This document shows, in pieces, positions 1 through 13,956 of a DNA stretch of 64,000 nucleotides. Position 1 is the first letter of the stretch, and the number at the start of each line of letters is the position of its first letter. Where the stretch lies: the NCBI RefSeq assembly GCF_008831285.2, contig NC_045138.2, positions 19,654,001 to 19,718,000 on the forward strand, read 5' to 3'. The notes beneath the pieces are model-generated. The model made no database searches and was not told the origin of the DNA. It saw only the letters and a program-made list of their open reading frames with translations. This stretch comes from Nymphaea colorata (Eukaryota). The position numbers were made by a program, and so were the translations under genes.

Positions 1-1579
1 CTACGGCAAGTAAAAGGCCAGCATAGCCAGATTATGGATCCTCGTTGTGGTATCCGCATGCAATAGTAATAGCAAAGTATAAGTCTATCTCCATGTAATA
101 ATAATGAAATGTATAAATAAGTTCAGGTGCAAGTGAATGATTATCCTGTATCTTATGGGGTTCTAAATCTGTGGCACACTGAACATGAATACAAAATCCG
201 ACAAAAATTATGTCTTTGCAATATTTTGGATGGATGCACGTGATCTAGTCCAACTCCTGATTGTGTTCACGAGTTGTGGTCTAACAGATGAACTGCACAC
301 TTGAGCATCCAACAGATTGAAGGAGACACTGCTCAATGTTTTGTTCTGTCTTTAAGAAGTGCTGGCCTTCATCTAGGGACCTATACATTTTCTGGATCTC
401 CATTTCAAACGGATACAATTGTTGCATCTTTTTCAGTACTCTCCCTTTCCCTGACTCTTTTCTCCTCAGCTAAACATGCCTCCATCAAGTTACTTGTCAG
501 ACACTGACCTTCTGCCTTTTCACGTCTTTAAGTGGTTGGTTTGCTGAATGTGGGTCATACTCAAGAAAGGACCACGCATCGTGCATCTAAATAGCAAATG
601 ATCTTTATGCAAAAAATATTGAAGAATGAGCAGCTGATTTGTTTTCATCTTGTTCGGTGGCACTCTTATCTTCTATCGTGAAGATTGGACCTACTTTATT
701 TTTCCTGTACTTTTGCAAGACACTTGAGTGTTAATGGGATCCAAAAGCTTTCATATTTAGCAAAAAATGGGCCTTCACCTCTAAATGCTGGTTGCTCATG
801 CTTTTCATGGTTTCCATGGAAGGAAAGAGATGGTAGACTGTTTTGAACAGCATAAGAGCCCTTTACAGTTACTGCAAACTCTTAGTCCCTTGTTGCGTTG
901 CGGTTAGCTCTAAATGGGGTTCTATATCAAGAATTACCCTTGCTCCACTCCTTCCCTGGTTGTTTCCTCATTGACAATGGCTCCTGATGCAACCCTTTCA
1001 TCTTTTGGTTGCCAATTGGAATCTTTTTGTTTCCAAGAAAATGAAAAGTGAATCTGCTCTCTACAACTAAAGCGAAAGAATCTTGACAAGGACATGTTTG
1101 CAGTGCCATGGCAACATTGAATGGTGTTGAAGACAAGCTGCAGGGGGACCCTGCCCACTCCCCCACTTGCCGAGCTTGATGTGTTCATGATATTCTTGCT
1201 CTTGGACTCATTTGGTGTCCGCTGCCGAAAGCTTTCTGCTTATCTTGGCGAGGTCACATCTCGGGGAGCTGCTTCAAATGCTACAAAGTTAGAAAGTGCT
1301 TCTAAAATTTTGATTCTTATCATGAAGAAGGCTTTTGCAGGTATTTTCTAGCATGCTTTCGTCTCTGAAAAAATGGAGATGTCCCTATCGAGTCTTCCAT
1401 TGTGAAGATCAATATGGGTGGCGTTTTTTTGAAACAATTTTGTGCCAAAAGTGATAAATGTTATTGAAATGATGAGAAGAGGCATTAATTATTTTGGATA
1501 ACTATTGAATGACTCTGGATAGCTGGAGTTACCTTGCTAGGAGACTCATAAGGACCATCTGATCTATCATAATGGATAT

Positions 1580-1612
<33 letters not shown>

Positions 1613-3150
1613 GAGGGGGGGAAGAGAAGAGAGAGGGATAAAAACCAGACCTCTTAAATTTGTGTTAAAAGATATTTTAAATAAAATGTGAACCTCCTAA
1701 TATGTTTGTCTAATTTAATATAAATATTGATTCATTTCAAGTTATTTTTTGTAAAAAAAAAATGATTTCCCTACTATCAAAATTTTCATGTAACAAGAGC
1801 CGTTCATTTTTTCAACATTAAGAAACGTTATTAAAGTCAAAAAATGACTAACCTAATATCTGTTTCTCACTAAATTACTCTTAAAATCATATTTATAAGA
1901 TTGTATTTCCAAAAAATACTTTAATAATTAATTTTAATCGGTCTAGTTTTTGTCTCTCTCTGTGTCCCTAAGTCCAGGAACTATATTAGCAGTTAGTGAA
2001 ACTCTTGGGAAACCTCCACCTTGGAATTGCGGACATTCATATCTTCAACGATTCAGAAAGGGAAAAATATCACCTTCTTTTCCTTCAAATCAATGGCGGA
2101 GCAACACATAGGCAAGTGTGGGCAGTTGTCCACACCAGCCTCACAAAAAGTCATCATTTGCATATTGGTGCTATAACAAATTAACTTGGTTACATACAAT
2201 GTAGCGCTTTAAAATGTTAGGGTCTTTAATTAGTGTCCTTAGTACCAAAACTTTTAGCTCCGCCACTACTTCAAATGCGAAAACATGCACATCATCATCA
2301 AGGGCGAAGCCAAGGTAGGGCTTGCATGGGCCCTGGCCTCACCTAATATTTTCCTTTTTTTAATTTACATCTAAATTTTAAAAAATTTCAATTGTTTTAT
2401 ATAAAAATTTTGAAAAAATATATTTCGATCTTATTCAAATTTTAAAAACTTTAATTAGAGGCCCCTCATGAAAAATTTTTGGCTCAAATAACCAATGGCA
2501 AGAAAGTCCTACTTTCTCTTTCTTATTGTAGATAAACGCAGCTCGTTTTTAGATTGCAAATATATTTTAATATAAAAGGCTTCTACCTGATGTGTATGAG
2601 TATCTTGATAGGCTTCGTTTTCTGTGATAATAACAGTTGTGACGTATGTGCTTAGCATTTCAGCTTCTGATTAATTTTAGGTACACTTAATCACTACATA
2701 AATGCAGAAGCTTTTGTCTTCCTTTTTCTAACTTATCGTTCGGAAGAACTACGTGACGATGATTGATGCGACACCAGGAGTCTTTATTTGCAACATTCGC
2801 TTTGTGTGGGAGATTTTTTTTTTTTTTCAATAAGGGGGCAGTTGATAGTTTGAAATTTTGATTCAAGAATAAAAATTCTAAAACCATAATTTCTCTTCAA
2901 ACCGAAATGAAATCAAAATTTTGTGTTTCAATTTCCTGACTTTAGAAACAAAATTTAATGATTTCAATTTATTAAAAAACGAGAATTTTAATTCTAAAAT
3001 TTCAAGATATATCATACAAAAATGAAAATTATAGAACACATGAATCTTTTTAAAATAATTAAAGAAGCAGATTTTACGTTTGGTAATTCTCAAAGTTTAC
3101 CCCGAAACTCCCTTTGAAGGTTAATAAAAAAAAGTGTAAGCTCCTAGGAG

Positions 3151-3418
3151 GCGCTTGGATGACACCCTCGTCTAACTAAAACTTGTTTTATGAAAAACAA
3201 GTTTTTTAACGAACTTTCAAAACTTTTTTTTGGGTTTGCGTGACACACTCAAAACCTTGTTTTCAATAACTTTTTTTTTACGAAACTAGGTTTTGTCAAA
3301 ACTGGGTTTACAAGTTTCTAAATCTAATTTTGATGATACTCAAACACTCCAAAAACTTGATTTTGAAAGCGAAACTGGATTTTGTTTTTAGAACCTAATT
3401 TCAGGATGTCATCCAGAC
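3151..3418. mobile_element. Degenerate MITE-like element
   Basis: Imperfect inverted ends GCTTGGATGACA ... TGTCATCCAGAC around an AT-rich interior. No clear target-site duplication (TSD). Confidence 0.4.
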
Positions 3419-6400
3419 AAAATGAGTGTGTGCACTTGAAGCCAAGCAAATTAAAACATGATAAAGGATTTCACGAGAGAGAATGACAAACAAAAAAAGA
3501 GATTTAGTTGATTTTCACTTTGATTAGATGCAGAGGTGATGGAGGAAGTTCCGTCAAATCATTAACTACCAGAGTGAGTGAAAAAAAGTTGAAGAAATTG
3601 AGGGGAGAAAAGGAATTTAGATAAAAGAAACACTTAGTTGCGCTTTTAATAATATTGAAACCCTAAGCATGGTTATGAGTTCTTTTAATACCATCGAAAC
3701 TCTTAAGTGAGATTTTCAAAAAAAAAATGAAAGGAAAAAGAAAGTCCCAAGGCTTGGGCTGTTCACCCAAGGCGGTGGTTTACCCAATGGCTGATGTCAG
3801 AGGTTCGAGTCTGCTTATTTTCAGTTTACTTCTTCTAAACATATCAGGATAATCTTTTTTATTAAGGCTTTGGATTTGCCGCTAAACGAACACATTCGTG
3901 TTCCCGATTTCCCACCTCTTTTGAATGCGTTTAGGCGGCCAAGAGGGCACGTGCATCTGATTTCCTAATCTGGATATTCCAAATATATTACAGTTGAGCT
4001 CACGTGCTGGACTCTTTTCCCTTTCTTTTTAATAGGCAAGTTAGGGTTAAAAGAGACAATCCCATCGATTATGTCAAAAAATGCAGTTTCCACTTCAATA
4101 TCTGAAGTTTCCGTGAGCCTGACACTGTATGTTGTCGGATGATTAAAATTTTAAAATTTTATTTATAATAAAAGCAATTAGTATATTGATATTAACAATA
4201 GTTTATGATGGTTTTAGCGACAATTTATAGTTCGACTCCCTTCCTTTAATAAAAAGGGACTAAAAATAATTTGTACAAAAAACACAAAGAAAAGAACTGG
4301 AAAAAAAAATAAAAGGGATCTACAATCTGCCTTCAATAATTTTTAACCTGCATGAAATTTTGCTTTATCAGGCATAAAAAAAATTCAAATCCATGTTCCT
4401 TTGGATTGGGTAGAAAGCTGTGAAAGCATTAATTCAACCATTTGCAGATGCCAATGCAGCCCTAGACCCGCCCCCAGCCTTAGGACACGTGTCCCCCTCG
4501 CCCACATGGGGTCATGTGCAAGGCCCATGGCTCACCATGCGTCCCTTAGGGTAGGGTTGCCGGTGTTTTTTCCTTTTTAATCAGTGATTAGGGAATTTTT
4601 TATAATATTGAGGTGGCTCAATTAAGCTTAATCTCAGAGAAAAAAAATTGATCCCACAAGAATTAAAGTTTAATTAATCTCATTTAACTAATTAAAAAAA
4701 AGCATGGAGTTAAGGGGTGGGTTCAATGATGCGCTCATGAAAAGTTGCACTGGCGCATAAACTTCCAAAAAGAGGCTCCGAGCCTGTGGACCCCGCTTTC
4801 TCGTCGCCAGCTTAGGGTTCTTCCCCACCGTTCACACAAAGCGGGTGAGTTATTAAGACTGCGCATTGGACCACGTACTCCATCACTCAGTTTAGCTCAA
4901 TAACATACTTTTAATACTTATTTTTTATCAATTTATATACAATTATATATATTTATTCAGATTAATTATATTTATATGTTTTATATTGATAGATATATTG
5001 TTTAATTTATCCAAGTTGAGTCAGGCCGAACCCGACCCGATTTCTTGCATCCACTCTAAAAAGGTGCCATTGATTTTCAATTCTTTGTTCTAATAGAAAC
5101 GATTTAATAGCATGAAAAATAATTTACGGTGTACAAAATGACTTATGATGGAGGAAATATGAGAGGAGACATAATTTTTGTAGGAGTGGAATTTCTGTCG
5201 TGTTTGATTTGAGAGTTTGAGTATACGAAAACTTTAAAAGGTAAAATTTAATTTCTCGTTCCCTACATGGAACTCAGCACAACATTTCATAACTTTGATG
5301 TTTATTTATTTCGCCATCTCTTTAAGTCATAAAATTTATGTCCATTTTGACAAATGAACCATGGGAAATCGCATTTATAATTAAAGTCTCTTAACCAAGT
5401 TGCAATTTTGCTCCATTAATTCGATTTGACTCGCTTCCTAACAGTTTCTAAAAAAATATTAAAAACCACAATAAATAGCTATTTAATAAGAAAGAAACTA
5501 AACTTTCTAGAAAAGAAATGACATTTCAATGAATGAATTAAAAATTTCCCAAAGAATATCAACTGGGATGCTAAAAATCGGTAGCTAGGCTTAGGAGAAC
5601 TGGAAGCATATGAAAATGCCAAAAAAAAAACAGGCGAGGAAAGCGTCAGCATCTCTTAATAACGCGTCAAATCATTACCTTTTATACCAGCATTTATGAA
5701 CTAAACTACAAATCAACAACGCGCCATACTCGCGATAGCTTCTTCATAAGAAATAAAGAAAATGAAGACTTATCTAGGCATTATTGCATTTACGATGTCC
5801 TTAAATGGAGATTCAGGTGGGGCTGCACGCTGAAATGGAAAAATCACCCAAAACTAAAGGCACCAATAATGGTTTGGGGGAAGTTTTTATTTACTTTTAG
5901 AAAATGAAAAAAAGGACGCGGGTTGCGGACTTGGCGGCATGTAATTGGAGGCTTTGTTTTTGAAAAAGCTGAAGAGTCATATGAACAGTAAAAGCCGAAA
6001 CTTTTCGTCCGTATGCTGAAGACTCCATTAATTGCCGCGTGTGTTCGAACCCGTGGACTGAGTCCCAAACTGTGGACGGGTTCGGAGACTGCCGTGGATC
6101 GGGTCTGAGGGCAAGTAAATGAACCGGGTACGGGTCCAATTTCTCCATGTCGATTTTGGCTCCACGTCAGCTCCACGGCGTTCTTTTTCCCAAGTCCAAA
6201 TCCATCTGGCGTCTAAAGTTAGGTTGACGCCCTTCCTGATGCAATACGGGTCGACTTTGGATAGATGTTCACATCGATGCTGACCCGGTAAGAAAAACAA
6301 GAGAGAGAAATTCCCCCAGATTTTTTGTTTTCCTGTGGGACCCGACCGGAATCCACGGGTTATTTCACAGAATCCGATCCCACAGGGAATAAGAGAAGGA

Positions 6401-6901
6401 AAAGAATATTTTCATTTCCGGCATCACATTTTATCGGTAATTTCAAACATTGGCCACAGTTGCGTGATTCTCTCGAGCTCCATGCATCCTTTCAAGCTAA
6501 AAGATAGTATTTACATTTTATAAAAAAAAAAAATAAAGAGAAAAAAAATCAATTTTATTTATTATGACTAATTAGTTACCTCTTTAGTTAAAAGGTCAAT
6601 GGTAAAAAAAAGCCAACCAGGCTACCATTCGACAATTTTCGGTAAAATTCAGGCTCATATTTGGCATATAAAATATGAGGCCTGTTTTTGGGATTATCGA
6701 TAAAGGGTGGCATCTAAATTGGAATTTCGCAATAGGAGAAGGAGTGAATTCGGATTCGGACCCATAAAAGGACCGCAGTTTTCTTATCCTAAGCCTGCGG
6801 TGGGGCCCACGACCCACCGCTTATAAAATGGGACCCCTCCGTCCCTGTGAGCTCTGCTTTGCAGAGGAGCCCATACACTGAGCGCTTTCCCTCCAACCGC
6901 C

Positions 6902-7756
6902 ATGCCGAATCTTGCCACCGCCGCCCCGACCACCATTACTGCCAGCGAAGCCACCGCCGGCGACGTTCCGATACCGTACCTGACGCTCCAGGACAGGGTG
7001 GTGATCGTCACCGGCGCCTCCAGCGGCATCGGCCGGGGGATCGCGCTCCACCTCGCCAGCCTCGGCGCCCGCATCGTCGTCGTCTATGCCTCTTCTGCTG
7101 CCGAGGCGGCCGACGTCGTTTCTACCATAAACTGCTCCTCGCCGTCACCGGACCTTCCCCAGCCCCGCGCCATCTCCATTAGGGCTAACGTCTCCGACGC
7201 CGCTGACGTCAAGGCCCTGTTCGACGGGGCGGAGGAGTTCGCCGGAGGCAGCCCGCCGCACGTGCTCGTGAACTCGGCCAGGATCCTCGACTCGGCGTAC
7301 CCCCCGATCTCCGCCATGTCGGAGGAGGAGTGGGAGCGCGTCTTCGAGACTAACGCCAAGGGAACTTTCTTGTGCTGCCGGGAGGCCGCGAACCGGCTGA
7401 GGCGGGGCGGGGGCGGCCGGATCGTCAACGTATCGTCGTCGCTCGTGGGCGCCCTGCGCCCCGGGTACGGCGCCTACGTCTCGTCCAAGGCCGCCGTGGA
7501 GGCGATGACGAAGATCCTAGCGAAGGAGCTCAAGGGGTCGGGGATCACGGCCAACTGCGTCGCGCCCGGGCCGCTCACCACCGAGATGTTCCTCAAAGGG
7601 AAGTCGCCGGAATCTGTCGATCGAGTCGTGTCCGACACGCCGATGGGACGTCTCGGGACTCCGGAGGACGTCGCGGCTGTCGTCGGATTCCTCGCCGGAG
7701 ACTCGGGCCAGTGGGTCAACGGCCAGGTGATTAGGGTTAACGGCGGCCTCCTATGA
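6902..7756 (+). CDS. Intronless classical short-chain dehydrogenase/reductase (NADPH-dependent aldehyde reductase-like, FabG-like), 284 aa
   Basis: TGASSGIG cofactor motif, IVNVSSS, YVSSK catalytic YxxxK, ITANCVAPGP and C-terminal WVNGQVIRVNGG. GC-rich codon usage. TATAAAAT at 6822-6829 upstream. Confidence 0.95.
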   Translation: MPNLATAAPTTITASEATAGDVPIPYLTLQDRVVIVTGASSGIGRGIALHLASLGARIVVVYASSAAEAADVVSTINCSSPSPDLPQPRAISIRANVSDAADVKALFDGAEEFAGGSPPHVLVNSARILDSAYPPISAMSEEEWERVFETNAKGTFLCCREAANRLRRGGGGRIVNVSSSLVGALRPGYGAYVSSKAAVEAMTKILAKELKGSGITANCVAPGPLTTEMFLKGKSPESVDRVVSDTPMGRLGTPEDVAAVVGFLAGDSGQWVNGQVIRVNGGLL

Positions 7757-9839
7757 CGAAAAAGTCGGATTTATCCCCGCCTTGTTTTCCTCTTCGTCTT
7801 TGTACCCTTGAGGATTGCTGTAATTGACGGATGGCTCCTTTTCCTTTTTTTAATTTTTTTCCTTTTTAATTTTTTTTTTTTTTTGGTGTCATTGAATAGC
7901 TTTTGAATTGTAAAAACCGTGTAGTGTTTGTTAAACAATTCCGCGCGACGTTGTTTAGAACACTATATTAGATAATAGGGTCATATTGTACATGGAAAAG
8001 AATGAAACCATTTTCTCTTCCGAATTTATTTGATCGCAAGGCCCCTTTTTGGTTTTCATAATCGGTTTAAATAATTTAATCAAATGACTCGAGGGGCGCT
8101 TTATACGGCGGGTGAAAAATTTTAGGGAAGGTGAAATCTTCAGTATTTGTAGAAGCATCAAATTTCAGTCACCAGTTCAATGCACCGGGAAGAGTCGGCT
8201 TTTCCCGGTGGGAGACTGTAGCACCAGCGAGGTTGTTCAGGTTTTATCAAGACCTTAATATTTAAAAATTTAATTTGCTGCCATTATAGATTTTAGCAAG
8301 GGAAGCTCAACCCGCTGGTATGATCAAGAAATGCATCGATAAATGAAGTGCCAAGTATCTTTAAAATGTGAGGGAATGGTAAACAAAAAATTGAGATTAT
8401 CATTTATACAACTTTAATATGGTTTAAGCAACAAAAGGTACTAGCACTTATATGAATACACCTTCACAAAGAACACAAATCTTATAGTGGGAAATGCTTT
8501 TGAAAATTCTTACTTGAAAGGATTAGGATAAGAAATAAGAGAACTGTTGCCCTCAATGGGTGTAGCATAACTCGCCGGGCAGGTAAACATACAAAATCCA
8601 CATGGCTTGTTTGATTGTTGTTGGCGTTATTTTACTGGACCGTAAAAGGTATAATTGCAACATTCAAGTTGAAGAGTGTATCGCAACCAAGTTTCAATTG
8701 TGGTGGGTTGTTACTCTCTTATTCACCTAAAGATAGAAGAGAAATTGTTGATCCTTTTAACATAACTAAAAGCAGAGTCCATGAAATAAAAGTAGGAATT
8801 TTCATTCATATGAACCAGAAATCTCAAGCAAGTTTATTTCCCACCATAAGACCATATTTTGATTTACATTCACTTGCTTACAAGAATGAATTCCTTTGAA
8901 TATTTTACGTAACATAGCATGCCAGTTCCTGAAGAATTCTCCTATGTTTGAAATGAATTAAAACTTCAAAATCGTTTTGTTGCTTCGTTCAAATCAGCAC
9001 TATCATTCATCTTCTTTTCCTGCTTTACTTCTATTCCCTGCCAAAATCAGTTACGGTTCTCTTGAGAAAAGTTCTTTGGCAGCACTCTTTCATCCTCTAT
9101 CAGTCATTATTTACATATTTAACTGTTTATATGGCACTACAGTTGATGCGTCGACTTCCAGCAAGTCCAGAATGTTGAAGACAAGCTTCATTAAAGAGGG
9201 TGGAATGTTAAAAGGGCAACATTCCTTTCTTTTCCTTTATTAATATATATTATGTAGATGGCAGAGTTCAATTGTAGTTCTGCCTCAGGGCGCAGTTTCA
9301 ATTATTTAGAATGATGCAGATATCTTATGTGTCCCTTTCTTTAATGTTTAATAAAATTATTTTGTGGGCTTTTCACTTTGAAAAGACCATTTTCACAAGA
9401 GGACCACACCTCATGAGAAGAAGAAGAATGGAATCTTACTAGTTATAGGTAGCAACCCTTTATCCCTGTAGGGTGTAGGGTTTGCTTTGGGTGTCTCAGG
9501 TGTTGCCCTCGCCATGCTTCAACTTACAGGTTAGTGGCTTCTTTTTTACAGCACAAAAGGTTGATACCATAAGAATTAGAAACGAAAACTGGCCACCCAC
9601 CGAGCCTGACCCCCTCTGTTGCGCCAACCCCTTGGGAACGAATGGAATCTTATAGTTATTAGAAGAAAGAAAAAAAAAAGTGGCAAATAAGGATCCTGCA
9701 TTTTTTTAACCTTCAGCTGCGCATGCACTTTGCGGAAGGAGAAAAACTAAACTTGTTTGGATTTTGGGAGCTCTCCATTCTCAGTAATTTCTTTCCATGG
9801 AAGGCCAAGATATTTTGGTCATGGAGCGCTCCAGTCACC

Positions 9840-9841
<2 letters not shown>

Positions 9842-9891
<50 letters not shown>
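9842..9891. repeat. (TA)n microsatellite
   Basis: Pure TA run. Others at about 16944-17008, 17436-17492 and 47964-48012. Confidence 0.95.
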
Positions 9892-9893
<2 letters not shown>

Positions 9894-10701
9894 CCTTAAA
9901 AATTAATTGAGAAAAAAGAAGATATTCAAAGCCTTCTAACATTTTAATCATTTAGTTAGGTCCCAGTAAAGTCATAGTCAATAATGCTTATCCTCATATC
10001 AGAGTTTTGAAAAAGTTATTTTATACTTTTTTTATTGTTTTAAAGAGGTCACAAAGCAAAATAGCTTAAATTGCACAAAAACTTAATATCATTTATAATA
10101 TATATATATGTATATATATATATATAAATATAAGGATAAGTGTGGTAATGTGGGGAAAGAAGACAAAGGGAGGGCTGATGGTGAGAGTGATAAAAAATTA
10201 AATGGAAGTTTTGGTGGTCACACTTCACGAGAAGGCGACGCTTGCAAAAGCGTCGCATTCAGACAAGTCCACGTCGAGCAGCATGCCATGTTTGGATGCT
10301 TCGTAGAAGAACACTAAATTCCTGGTTTTCGGTGCACTAAAGCATGATATTGGAGTGTGACATTGAGTGCCCACGGTCTTCTTCATCTTTACGTGCCTTT
10401 CATACCTTCTCTTTTGTCTATTCTAGCCGTCCCACGGCGGACCCACTTCGTGTTTGTGTTGCCAAAATAAGAAAGAGGAAAAGGCCTTTGGAACCTTTAA
10501 ATTTTAGTTTGCCCTTTGAATTTCATTTTTGTGAGCGGGGTTTCTTCAAGATATAGGGTCTGCTTTCGGTGCATCGGAGTGTCACCGGGGATCGTGTTCA
10601 ATTTGCACCACGGTAGCGCCCTTTCAACCTCATCAATATCTTTATATTTCCAGCTATTCGAATTTTGAAGTTGGTGTTTCTTCTTTTATCTCATTTTATT
10701 A

Positions 10702-10938
10702 GGTTGCGTTTGATTTTTCATGGATCTGAGATCCGAGGTGATCTAAAATCAAATGATAGCTGACAAGCTGTGGATCTCAGTATCAACCTCTGGACATGGA
10801 TTCAAATCTACGCTACATTGTAAAAACCATTGGTTTGTAAAAACCATTGGTTTGAGGTCGGACCGGAGAAGGGTGGACCTCAAAACTGCAGACCTGAGAT
10901 CCGCGGTGATCTCACGTCCACGGCAAGCAAACGCAACC
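10702..10938. mobile_element. Tourist-like (PIF/Harbinger) MITE
   Basis: Perfect 11-bp terminal inverted repeats (TIRs) GGTTGCGTTTG ... CAAACGCAACC with a TTA 3-bp TSD (10699-10701 and 10939-10941). Related ends occur near 16318-16328 and 48529-48560. Confidence 0.85.
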
Positions 10939-13900
10939 TTATTTATCCTTTTTCCCTCCACCAGCGAGAGAGGTTTAGGAGCATTTGATTAACTTAAACT
11001 TCAAGATCCATAAATTTAATGTGGATGCCATATGATATGATTTTGCTAATGTAACAAAAGATCCGCCATAGAATTTATGGTTTTTCAAACTAAGAATCAA
11101 ACTTAAGATCCATTTAAAATCATTAGTTTATCCTTTTGCATTGAAAAACTAAACTCAACATAAAACATGTATTGTTTTTCTAAAGATACTTCATGTACAA
11201 CAGTTCTGCATCGAAAATTTTGAAAAAAGTTCATGATTGTATGTGTATGAGTTCTTCAACATTATATATATATATATATATAAACTTTGTAGATGTTGTA
11301 TGACTTATGAGACAACAACTTTGGTGTTTGTTGGACTCCACGGCGATGCAAATTTGGGGACCAAGTGTCATATAAAATAATTTGATTATTACTTTAACTA
11401 TTGATAGCAAGTTACCATGCTTGTTTTGCCAGCAAAGTGGGAGTAAGGATGACGCCTTGAGTGCAAACATGGCAAGATGTAGACAGACAGAAGTGCTTTT
11501 CCACCTTTTAAACTTTATATTTACTAGCATTTCTTAATACATCATGAGAGAGAGAGAGAGAGAGAGAGAGAGGTTTGACAGTATACCAAGTTTGGCTTAC
11601 TTGACAAATCAAACTTGTGTAATGGTGCAACTTTTAAGAAGATACAAAAAAGGCCATGAAAGAGGTGATATTTATTTTTATGCAAAAGAAACTTATAGTG
11701 ACAATTTGGGCAAAATTTGATCAACGGGCCTCCTTTTTGTATATTATTTAAGAAACAACTATTTACATTTTTTTCACCAAGACTATATTTTCTTGTAGAA
11801 AACTACCACATGAAAGCCTAAAGCAAATTTTCGCTAATCTGAAAAAAGGTGTTGGTTGAAATTTTAAGATTGTGATTTAGTGATAGGAGGCAATATTGAT
11901 CAACAAAATATTATTTCTTTTTGAAATTGTAGGCAAAAAACATAGTTAAAACATTAATTAATTAATTCCCCAAAATATAAATGTATGAACATGGTAAATT
12001 TTAAATAGGTTATAAATCCAAGATGTTTTCATGGTTTGAGTAAAAAAAAAAAAAAGAGAGTTTGTGAAACTCTTGATGCATAACTCTTGGCACAACACCA
12101 AGAGTTTTCGAAATATTAAAATATAGAACATTAAAAGTTTCAAATGATCATTAAATATAATATTCACACATTTCTATGCATTAAATGATCTAATATTCAC
12201 TTGATATCATTAAATATATAGTTGAAACAGCCAAATTACTTACCATATTATTTTTACGTTTTGTGTCGTTCACTCATTATGAGAACTCAAAGCTGTTTGA
12301 AAAAATATAAATATTATATATATATATATATATAGAAGTGCATATAGTCTGCTATATTACTTATTTAATTGTACCAACTATGCAGCGAAATGGGTGACAT
12401 TTGTCAGGTGAAATGTTTTCAATAAAATAATTATTCTTTTCTTTTTCTGAATTGTATTCTGGTCCTTGTATTGATAGTTGAGATGTGCCAAAGCTAAGGA
12501 AACTGCAGCTGGCAAATGATGCATCGATGGCTCCGTTAGTCAGATTCAACGTCGTCATTCATTCCGTCATCTTCCCTTGTTGCTTTCACGACTCTGCTTT
12601 CTTTGTTTGTTGTTGCTTTGGATCCTCCATGATCCATATCATTTTCTATTCTTCCTTGGAACAAGTTGAATGTATCTTTTAAGGGACGACCTTCTAACTG
12701 TAATTCCAAAATGGGCCTTGAGTTTTCTTTTTCTTCGGATGCTAATAAGAGCGCGCGCTCACAGTAGCATAACATAATAACATAACTGATCGGACTGGTA
12801 GTGCAAAAAAGGCAATTCTTATTCGTGTTATCAACTCGGGCCTTCTATTCAGCCCCTGATCCAACTATGATCAGGAGCATTGATATGCGTTTGAATTGAG
12901 TGTTGGATTTGGATATTATGAAACTGCATGTTGAATCTCCATTAGTATTTTGAATGTGAATTTGGTTACCAGATCCAATTTAACGGATTAAAATCAGACT
13001 AGCAATTCACTAATTTGGTATGCCTATTCCATTTACATCCTTAATTAAATATAGAGCCTTATAAACAAGGGTTCAATACCAGAGCTTTGCCGTTATCCTT
13101 CTACTAAAATGCATAGGTTAACATAAAAAAATTGATAGTAGTTCCAATATCTTTTGTGTAAAAGCGAAAATATTTCTGATCAACTTAAATTTGTAAAACA
13201 TAGACGACGTGATCTAACTTGGGGTCACTTCTTGGCATTTATCAGTAGGAATGTCATGAGCATATGCAGTTAAAGAATAAACATCGTCATATTCGATTGA
13301 TCGGATTTTACTTAATAGAATCAGACCGAGATCTGTATTCAAGCATCCAAAATGGAAACCATATCGAGTTTTTCCGTGTAATCATATTCAGTGCCAAATT
13401 TATAATTTGATTACAGTTCGATTTGAGTTTTTACATTGAATTTGGACTACATTTTTTTTATATCAGAATGTTGTTTGTTCACCTGCGACGCTTTGTCATG
13501 CATCATGATCGAGTTCATTCACAACAACAGGTGAAAGAGCATAACACCTAAGTTCCGCACCTTATACAAATGCCAGAAAAATACTAGAGAAACCTTAGTG
13601 ACTGTCAAATTATAGCAAAAAATTGGGCCTTACACCAAAAAAAAAAAAATTCAATTTTACTCTGAACAAAGTTGCTTCTGTTACCAATGTAGGTTCATTA
13701 ACCATAAGAAGAGGGTATGAAAGCCTGTCCCATCTTATACCAAATGGAACTCAACTGTCCTCTTCCACTCTGTCTCCCCATATACCAGTAGGAGAGCTAT
13801 CATAGAGCTCGGGTGGGCAACTGCCCACCCAAGCCTGTTTAATCCCCTATAAAATTTTTATTTATCATTTGTTGGGTTCAGGCCTATATACGGGGGTGCC

Positions 13901-13956
13901 CACACCAGACCGACTAGACCCATGCCAGTGCCATATAGCGCTATATGTACTCAGTG

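Noticed and set aside
1..1400. Exons of a gene at the window start
   Set aside because: Short ORFs with stops and no recognisable domain or consistent splice chain.
3765..3815. tRNA-like A/B boxes (GGTTCGAGTC)
   Set aside because: No cloverleaf and no clear TSD or tail. At most a decayed SINE.
6784..7734. Overlapping alternative-frame and antisense ORFs on the SDR gene (similar shadows on NDF5 and the glucanases)
   Set aside because: Expected by-products of GC-rich coding sequence, with no independent motifs.
9765..9835. GGAGCTCTCCAT / ATGGAGCGCTCC hairpin resembling miR159/319 arms
   Set aside because: The stem is only about 12 bp and no mature miRNA sequence is present.
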